The position numbers were made by a program, and so were the translations under genes. The notes under the pieces were generated by a model. It was not told the origin of the DNA, did not search any database, and saw nothing but the letters and a program-made list of their open reading frames with translations. Positions 57,816 through 64,000 of a DNA stretch of 64,000 nucleotides are shown one piece after another. This DNA comes from Actinomycetota bacterium (lineage in GTDB: Bacteria > Actinomycetota > Actinomycetes > Nanopelagicales > Nanopelagicaceae). The stretch spans positions 13,907 through 77,906 of the forward strand of contig CANBVO010000001.1 in the NCBI GenBank assembly GCA_947372915.1. The letters are read 5' to 3'. Position 1 is the stretch's first letter, and each line of letters opens with the position of its first letter.

Positions 57816-58586
57816 TTAGGTGTGCTGACCACGTTTTCTAGGAGCGAAGAAGGCAACAATCGAAAGTGCTTTCGCGGCAACTGGCCCAAAGATGGCCTTC
57901 AGGGCGCGAGCACGTCGGTAATCGTGAATCGGCCAGTGGTCCCGAATCGCTCGAATTTGGAGCAAGGTATCTGGATTGATGGCCCGCGGATTTCCAACTG
58001 CTTCGAGTAGTGGAATGTCATGATGACTATCGGAATATGCATAAGAGTTCGGTAAATCAAAATTATGTTCGTTCGCTAATTGGCGAATCGCAAGCGCCTT
58101 CTCTTTTCCGTGAAGTACCGCGCCACACAATTGACCGGTGTACACGCCATCCACAATTTCTGCGCGAGTTCCGAGGGCACCAGTAAATCCAAGTCGATCT
58201 GCGATGAACTCCGCCATTTCATTGGGCGTAGCAGTGACCAGCCATACTTCATCACCATTAGCGAGGTGTTGGTTTGCAATGTCAATCGTGCCCTTCCATA
58301 GGGAGGGCGAGACGTATTGGTCATAGACCTCTGATGCCAAATTCTGTAAATCATCAACTTTGTGACCTGAGATAAATACTTGGGCTGCATCTCGAAATTT
58401 ATCTATTTCGACTGCATCTTCACCGCGAAGCCGGAAGCGCAAATTAGCCAACATGAAGTTAGCAATATCGTGCTTAGTGAAGTAGCCCCTTCGATACATC
58501 CCACGACCAAGGAAATACAGGGACGAGCCCTGAAGAATCGTGTTATCAAGATCAAAGAAGGCGACTCGCTTCTGCGGGTGAGCCAT
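57816..58586 (-). CDS. HAD-IB family hydrolase (SerB-like phosphatase)
   Basis: Trimmed to ATG 58586 (MAHPQKRVAFFDLDNTIL, the DxDxT motif I). Also LVTATP (motif II) and YSDSHHD (motif IV). Confidence 0.75.
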   Translation of the reverse strand: MAHPQKRVAFFDLDNTILQGSSLYFLGRGMYRRGYFTKHDIANFMLANLRFRLRGEDAVEIDKFRDAAQVFISGHKVDDLQNLASEVYDQYVSPSLWKGTIDIANQHLANGDEVWLVTATPNEMAEFIADRLGFTGALGTRAEIVDGVYTGQLCGAVLHGKEKALAIRQLANEHNFDLPNSYAYSDSHHDIPLLEAVGNPRAINPDTLLQIRAIRDHWPIHDYRRARALKAIFGPVAAKALSIVAFFAPRKRGQHT

Positions 58587-58657
58587 GCGACAACCATAAC
58601 CTTGCCTAGCTTGATTCTCGTTTTTATGAGTATCTATGGCGCAGATATGCTTCTCGT

Positions 58658-59278
58658 ATGGGTTCAACCGTTCACGTCCTTCGCCACGGCGAAGTGGAGA
58701 ATCCTGAAAAAATTCTTTATGGACGTCAACCTGGCTGGCGACTTTCTACCCGCGGCCAAGCGATGGCGCAGGCGGTAGCAGATTGGTCAAAGCCGCTTTC
58801 CTTGGGTGCAATTCATGCATCACCACTGCAGAGAGCGCAAGAGACAGCAGCGCCAATTTCTGCACAACATGGCTTACCAATCACTACTGATGAGAATTTG
58901 ATTGAAGCGGCAAATATTTTTGAAGGCAAGAAGTTCGAACTCGGAAGTGGCGTACTGCGCCACCCAAAGATGTGGCGTTATCTCTACAACCCAGCTAAAC
59001 CATCATGGGGCGAACCATACGAAGAGCAGATTGAGCGAATGTTAAAAGCGCTCTTTGTCGCACGTGATGCTGCGCAGGGCAAGGATGCACTCGTCGTTTC
59101 GCATCAGCTTCCGATTTGGATTCTTCGCTCTGCCGTCGAAGGCCGGCGCTTACTTCACGATCCACGTAAGCGTGAATGTTCGCTTGCTTCAGTAACAAGC
59201 TTTCATTTAGATAATGATGGCGCAATTGAAGGCGTCTCTTACCAAGAACCAGCGAAGCACCTCCTTCCATCAAAATGA
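58658..59278 (+). CDS. Histidine phosphatase (phosphoglycerate mutase-like) family protein
   Basis: 206 aa. RHG motif VHVLRHGEVENP and a later SHQLPI His. Confidence 0.8.
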   Translation: MGSTVHVLRHGEVENPEKILYGRQPGWRLSTRGQAMAQAVADWSKPLSLGAIHASPLQRAQETAAPISAQHGLPITTDENLIEAANIFEGKKFELGSGVLRHPKMWRYLYNPAKPSWGEPYEEQIERMLKALFVARDAAQGKDALVVSHQLPIWILRSAVEGRRLLHDPRKRECSLASVTSFHLDNDGAIEGVSYQEPAKHLLPSK

Positions 59279-59829
59279 AGAAACTTTTTCTCGTAGCGAT
59301 TGCCTCAACTTTATTTCTGACCGGATGTGGGAGTGGCGGAGTTTCTAAAGCAAGTGAAAACTCCTTCGTCTCCGGTAACGGCGCCGCGGTAGTGATTGAT
59401 GCGAAGAATCGCCAGGTAGCACCTGATATTTCCGGTAAGACGCTTGACGGCACTTCTTTCACACTTGATAAATCCCGCTTCACTGTTATCAACGTCTGGG
59501 CTTCGTGGTGCGCTCCTTGTCGCGCCGAAGCGCCTATCTTTCAGGACTTTGCTAGCAAGAACTCAAGTATTTCATTTGTTGGAATTCTGACCCGCGACAA
59601 TTTGTCTGCCGCGCGCGCCTTTACCCAGCGGTTCGCGATTACGTTCCCCTCTCTTGTGGATGATTCCCTAATTGTTAAATTCCGTGGATCGCTGACGCCC
59701 AATGCAATCCCGACCACGCTCGTTATTGATAATCAGGGCAAGATTGCCGCACGAATCAGTGGTGCAGTCACCGTTGCTGGTTTACAGAAAGTTCTTGAAA
59801 AAGTTATTGGTGCACCTGTCTATGCATAA
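59275..59829 (+). CDS. TlpA/ResA-like thiol:disulfide oxidoreductase lipoprotein
   Basis: 184 aa. Lipobox LFLTGCGS and thioredoxin-fold WASWCAPC active site. Precedes ccdA-resB-ccsB. Confidence 0.85.
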   Translation: MKKLFLVAIASTLFLTGCGSGGVSKASENSFVSGNGAAVVIDAKNRQVAPDISGKTLDGTSFTLDKSRFTVINVWASWCAPCRAEAPIFQDFASKNSSISFVGILTRDNLSAARAFTQRFAITFPSLVDDSLIVKFRGSLTPNAIPTTLVIDNQGKIAARISGAVTVAGLQKVLEKVIGAPVYA

Positions 59830-60553
59830 CTTCTTCCAAAACCAAGTACTCGATGGCAATTTAATTGTGGCAGCTGTCGTTGCCTTAATTGCTGGCCTGA
59901 TTTCATTCTTCTCACCATGCGTACTGCCGTTAGTGCCGGGCTATCTTTCATATGCAGCAGGTATGACAGAAGTGCGCAGCCGAAGTCGGGTAGCCCTTGG
60001 TTCGATCCTCTTCGTCTTGGGATTCTCTGCGCTCTTTATTTCATATGGCGCGCTCTTTGGTTCGTTAGGTTCAACCATTAGCTCAAACTCCAGATGGCTC
60101 ACTTTTGTTCTCGGCGCCCTCACAACGGCGATGGGAATTATCTTTCTCTTTAATCAACGCTTTTATCGCTCCTTTAAGCCCCAGTGGAAGATAAAGGCTG
60201 GCCTCATCGGCGCACCTATCTTGGGATTTCTCTTTGGTATCGGGTGGACGCCATGTATTGGTCCCACACTTGGAGCAGTACAGGCGCTCTCACTTCAAAG
60301 TTCGAGTGCACTTCGTGGTGCAATCTTAAGTTTCTTCTATTGCATCGGCCTAGGAGTTCCATTTATTTTGGTCGGACTCTTCTTTGATCAATCAACAAAG
60401 TTACGGCGATTTATTTCGCGCCATGGAAATTACCTCACTCGATTTGGCGGAACTTTCTTAATTCTGATTGGTCTATTGCAGATGACCGGGCTCTGGGATC
60501 ATTTAATGAATTCACTCCGCTCATTTATCTCTGGCTTTGGCGCGGTGATTTAA
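59822..60553 (+). CDS. ccdA: Cytochrome c biogenesis thiol-reductant transporter CcdA
   Basis: Trimmed to ATG 59822 (8-nt overlap with the upstream gene). 6 TM helices, with SPCVLPLVPGYL and TPCIGPTLG conserved Cys motifs. Confidence 0.88.
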   Translation: MHNFFQNQVLDGNLIVAAVVALIAGLISFFSPCVLPLVPGYLSYAAGMTEVRSRSRVALGSILFVLGFSALFISYGALFGSLGSTISSNSRWLTFVLGALTTAMGIIFLFNQRFYRSFKPQWKIKAGLIGAPILGFLFGIGWTPCIGPTLGAVQALSLQSSSALRGAILSFFYCIGLGVPFILVGLFFDQSTKLRRFISRHGNYLTRFGGTFLILIGLLQMTGLWDHLMNSLRSFISGFGAVI

Positions 60554-62023
60554 ATGAGTACAGCTCCCGAACTCGATACCGCAGGATCTCTTCGCTGGAT
60601 GTGGCGCCAGCTCACGAGTATGCGGACTGCGCTTCTCCTCTTATTGTTGCTTGGCTTTGCATCTGTGCCTGGTTCGATTTTTCCGCAACGCTCACAGAAT
60701 CCAATGAAGGTGCGCGATTATTTCGCCGCTAACCCCACTCTGTCACAGTGGATGGATCGGCTGCGGTTATTTGATGTTTATAGCTCACCGTGGTTTAGCG
60801 CTATTTACTTACTTCTCTTTATCTCACTCATAGGTTGTGTGCTCCCACGCACGATTGAGCATCTCAAAGCGATCGGCGCTAAGCCACCGCTCACACCTAA
60901 GTTTCTTGATCGCATGGAATTCTTTACTGAAGCTGAGACTGATTCCAAGCGCGCTCTTGATCAAGCTGAAGCCTGGTTGCAGAAGAAGCACTTTCGAATT
61001 CGCCGTGATGAAAATTCAATCTCAGCCGAGAAGGGCTACTCCCGCGAAAGCGGCAACCTACTCTTTCACCTCTCTCTGATTTTAATTTTAGTTGCGGTAG
61101 CAATTGGTGGATTATTTGGAATGAAGGGCGAAGCAATCTTGAATGTTGGTGAGCGCTTTGTAAATGCCCCAACCTCTTACGACACTCTCACCTTCGGAAA
61201 ATTTCAGAGTGCAAATACCCTTACCCCATTCTCATTAACGGCAGATAATTTCAAGGCAACGTATAACGTGCAGACCAATGCGCCGAGCGATTATGTTTTA
61301 AAGGTCTCTACGGAGAATCCAATCGGAAGTAAATCAATTACTCACATTATTAAAGTGAATTCCCCACTCACCTTCGGTAGCACCAAGATTTATCTGCAAG
61401 CAAATGGATATTCGCCGGTGGTCACCGTTAAGGATAAGAGTGGCGCGGTCACATTCCAGGGGCCAGTTATTTTCTTGCCTCAGGATGGAAACCTGACATC
61501 AACTGGTGCAATCAAACTTCCTGATATGAATCCGCAGATTGGATTTGTTGGTTCATTTGTTCCCACTTACTCTCGCAGCTCTACCCGCGGAGCTTTCTCG
61601 GCATTTCCAGAAGTCCTCGATCCGCGGTTACTTCTCTCGGCCTGGAGCGGCAACCTGGGATTAGATTCAGGTGAACCCCAATCGGTCTATCGCCTCGATA
61701 CTTCCAAGATGGTCAAGATTGGTCTCAAGCAGTTGAAAGTCGGCGAAAGCTATAACTTTGGCGAGGGCTCCATCACATTTGATGGGTATCGCTCGTGGGT
61801 GAATCTGCAAATTGTCGATGACCCGGGCAAGATGTACGCATTGCTTGGCGCAGTCTTCGCAATCCTCGGTCTTCTACTTTCACTCTTTACTCGCCAACGC
61901 AGAATTTGGGTAAAGATTGATGGTCGGGTTTCGATTGCAGGATTAGCGAAGAATGGTTTACCAGGATTACAAGATGAAATTTCCTCACTTAAGAGTGAGC
62001 TAGAAAAGGAGAGCAGAGCATGA
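60554..62023 (+). CDS. resB: Cytochrome c biogenesis protein ResB/Ccs1 (System II)
   Basis: 489 aa. N-terminal SMRTALLLLLLLG...PQR ResB signature, a large extracytoplasmic loop and a C-terminal TM. Confidence 0.88.
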   Translation: MSTAPELDTAGSLRWMWRQLTSMRTALLLLLLLGFASVPGSIFPQRSQNPMKVRDYFAANPTLSQWMDRLRLFDVYSSPWFSAIYLLLFISLIGCVLPRTIEHLKAIGAKPPLTPKFLDRMEFFTEAETDSKRALDQAEAWLQKKHFRIRRDENSISAEKGYSRESGNLLFHLSLILILVAVAIGGLFGMKGEAILNVGERFVNAPTSYDTLTFGKFQSANTLTPFSLTADNFKATYNVQTNAPSDYVLKVSTENPIGSKSITHIIKVNSPLTFGSTKIYLQANGYSPVVTVKDKSGAVTFQGPVIFLPQDGNLTSTGAIKLPDMNPQIGFVGSFVPTYSRSSTRGAFSAFPEVLDPRLLLSAWSGNLGLDSGEPQSVYRLDTSKMVKIGLKQLKVGESYNFGEGSITFDGYRSWVNLQIVDDPGKMYALLGAVFAILGLLLSLFTRQRRIWVKIDGRVSIAGLAKNGLPGLQDEISSLKSELEKESRA

Positions 62024-62910
62024 CCTCTACTAATTACGCCTACCTCTCTAACTACTTGGTTTATTCATCAATGGTTGTTTACACCATTGCCTTCTTTGCA
62101 CATGCAATTGAAGTTGCGTTCTCGGTACGTAACGTTGGCGATGCCACCCAGTTTGATTTCACTCGCACTCAAAAGTCCGGTCGAATCGGCTCTGCGATGA
62201 TGGTGCTCGCAACAGTCATTCTCTTTGCAGGTGTGGTTGTTCGTGGTTTATCAGCATCTCGCGTCCCGTGGGGAAATATGTATGAGTTCTCACTTACCGG
62301 CGCACTCGCATTTTCTGGTGCTTACCTCTTTGCCCTCTGGAAATTTAAAGTTCGCTGGTTAGGACTCCCAGTAGTCATCGCTGTTCTCTTAACTCTCGGC
62401 ACTGCAATTACCGTCTTGTATCGTCCTAGCGCACCACTTGTTCCGGCGCTCAAATCAACTTGGCTTGCGATTCACGTATCGGCCGCAATTGTTTCTGGTG
62501 GCGTCTTCTTGCTCGCTAACTGCGTCGCTGCAACTTATTTATATCTCGACCATATGGAATCAAAGGGTCCACGCACTCCATGGGCATCGCGTCTGCCATC
62601 ACTCGATGTTCTTGATCAACTTTCCTATCGATTAGTGGCATTTGTCTTTCCACTCTGGACCTTCGCCGTTATTGCTGGCGCCATCTGGGCCGAATCTGCC
62701 TGGGGCCGTTATTGGGGTTGGGATCCAAAAGAGACTTGGGCATTTATTACTTGGGTTGCATATGCCGCTTATCTGCATGCCCGCGTAACAATTGGTTGGC
62801 GCGGACGTAGAGCTGCATGGTTATGCCTCTTCGCGGGATCAACCTTCTTGTTTAACTACGTTTATGTAAATGTATGGGGCTCAGGCCGCCATACCTACTC
62901 TGGTTTGTAG
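62020..62910 (+). CDS. ccsB: Cytochrome c biogenesis heme-handling protein CcsB/ResC (System II)
   Basis: 296 aa. Trp-rich WGRYWGWDPKETW (WWD) motif and conserved His residues. Confidence 0.9.
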   Translation: MTSTNYAYLSNYLVYSSMVVYTIAFFAHAIEVAFSVRNVGDATQFDFTRTQKSGRIGSAMMVLATVILFAGVVVRGLSASRVPWGNMYEFSLTGALAFSGAYLFALWKFKVRWLGLPVVIAVLLTLGTAITVLYRPSAPLVPALKSTWLAIHVSAAIVSGGVFLLANCVAATYLYLDHMESKGPRTPWASRLPSLDVLDQLSYRLVAFVFPLWTFAVIAGAIWAESAWGRYWGWDPKETWAFITWVAYAAYLHARVTIGWRGRRAAWLCLFAGSTFLFNYVYVNVWGSGRHTYSGL

Positions 62911-63171
62911 TTAGAGGCTCTTCAAAAAATCTGGATCATCATCGGGTGCAATCGGGCGCTTAGGTCCACGCTTTGGATTGCTACCGGGATTCTTCTTTGG
63001 GCGTCCTACGAAGAACCAGACAAGTGCACCAAGTAGATCAAAGAAAATAATAATGAGAATCCACGCCCACTTAGGTAGTCGACGAACTAGCTCTTGTGGC
63101 GTGCGGGCGCAATCGAAAAAAGCATAAAGCACTATTGCGATGGGCAATACATACAAGAGAAGAACGCGCAT
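62911..63171 (-). CDS. Small membrane protein with PLD-nuclease N-terminal (PLDc_N) domain
   Basis: 86 aa, two TM helices. LPKWAWILIIIFFDLLGALVWFFVGRPKK is typical of the family. Its stop abuts the ccsB stop. Confidence 0.7.
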   Translation of the reverse strand: MRVLLLYVLPIAIVLYAFFDCARTPQELVRRLPKWAWILIIIFFDLLGALVWFFVGRPKKNPGSNPKRGPKRPIAPDDDPDFLKSL

Positions 63172-63189
63172 AGTTTTAGTCTAACTCCA

Positions 63190-64000
63190 CTAGATAATGA
63201 ATGCGAGCGAGAGCAGTAAGGCAAAGAGCATCTGCAACCGGCCAGTCTTACCCAGCAATGGAATCAAATCTCGACCGACCGCGCCTTTGATAACACTCTT
63301 CGAGATTGAGTAACTCACTGGGAGGAGTGCGAGAGTAAATAGCGCCCAAGGAGAGATAAAGCTGGCCAATAGAGCAGCAATGTGAGCGCTGATCAGGAGT
63401 AGAACGAAAAAGAACCGCGCCTTCATATCGCCGAGGCGTACTGCAAGAGTGCGCTTTCCGACCTCTGCATCCTTAGGGCGATCGCGAAGATTGTTAATAG
63501 CAAGGATGGCGCATGAAAGCGCGCCCATGGGGATAGCGACGAGAAAAGCTTTGCCGCTCACTTGTTCGCTTTGCACAAAGTAAGAACCCATCGTGGCAAC
63601 AACTCCGAAGAAGAGAAAGACGGAGAGTTCGCCAAAGCCCATGTAGCCATATGGCTTACTTGTTCCGGTGTAACCCCACGCGGCAATGATTGCGATTGCC
63701 CCGACAATAATTAAGACCCAGCTAGTGCGAAGTGCGAGAACTCCACCGCAGATCGCGGCTAAGAAAAATGATAGATATGCGGCGCTCTTCACTGCCTTCG
63801 GTGACGCGAGTCCAGAAGCGGTAAGTCGAACCGGTCCAACTCGAACTTCGTCAGTACCGCGAACTCCATCGGAGTAATCGTTAGCGTAATTAACTGCGAT
63901 TTGAAGTAAGAGGCTGACGGCAAGTGCCAATGCAGCGTTGAGCCAATTAAATGGAAGGTTGGTTCGAGCAAATAGCGAAGTGCCGACAACGACAGGTGCA
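63190..64000 (-). CDS. menA: 1,4-dihydroxy-2-naphthoate polyprenyltransferase (5' end outside window)
   Basis: The frame stays open from 63930 to the window edge (..APVVVGTSLFARTNLPFNWLNAALALAV..). UbiA-family motif NYANDYSDGVRGTD and multiple TM helices. Confidence 0.85.
   Translation of the reverse strand, partial: APVVVGTSLFARTNLPFNWLNAALALAVSLLLQIAVNYANDYSDGVRGTDEVRVGPVRLTASGLASPKAVKSAAYLSFFLAAICGGVLALRTSWVLIIVGAIAIIAAWGYTGTSKPYGYMGFGELSVFLFFGVVATMGSYFVQSEQVSGKAFLVAIPMGALSCAILAINNLRDRPKDAEVGKRTLAVRLGDMKARFFFVLLLISAHIAALLASFISPWALFTLALLPVSYSISKSVIKGAVGRDLIPLLGKTGRLQMLFALLLSLAFII

Overview
This window is a very compact, roughly 95% coding segment of an actinobacterial chromosome. My 100-nt spot counts give about 45-51% GC in core genes. 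Most of it is conserved Actinobacteria housekeeping synteny: tilS-hpt-ftsH-folE-folP-folB-folK, panC-nadB-nadC-coaX, lysS, clpC, mutY, radA, proC, an XPB helicase, ccdA-resB-ccsB and menA. Many genes overlap by 1-8 nt, and several convergent genes overlap at their 3' ends. I infer a streamlined, possibly freshwater acI/Nanopelagicales-like actinobacterium, but I did not verify this. I saw no CRISPR array, IS element, rRNA gene or prophage.

The less ordinary content is:
- A thiol/sulfur redox operon at the left edge (CoA-disulfide-reductase-rhodanese, thioredoxin, two methyltransferases) contains two tandem paralogous Cys-rich ORFs of 55 and 48 aa that are too short for the ORF track. I consider this the best candidate for an undescribed module.
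- A tRNA-Arg is followed by an atypical tRNA-like gene whose anticodon arm is duplicated 136 nt upstream.
- A self-contained heme-copper oxidase operon is preceded by a CoxII-like paralogue with a degenerate CuA motif. Its subunit I carries an extra 2-TM N-terminal extension, and a ctaG plus small membrane protein pair is transcribed divergently.
- An AT-richer, translationally coupled envelope triad encodes a Tat-exported polysaccharide deacetylase, a beta-propeller protein and a truncated MprF-like protein.
- A pair of secreted proteins includes a multidomain HExxH protein.
- A four-gene operon links a HAD hydrolase, a 720-aa helicase-associated protein, an M20 peptidase and XPB.

All functional calls come from motif and family recognition by eye. 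No database search was run.
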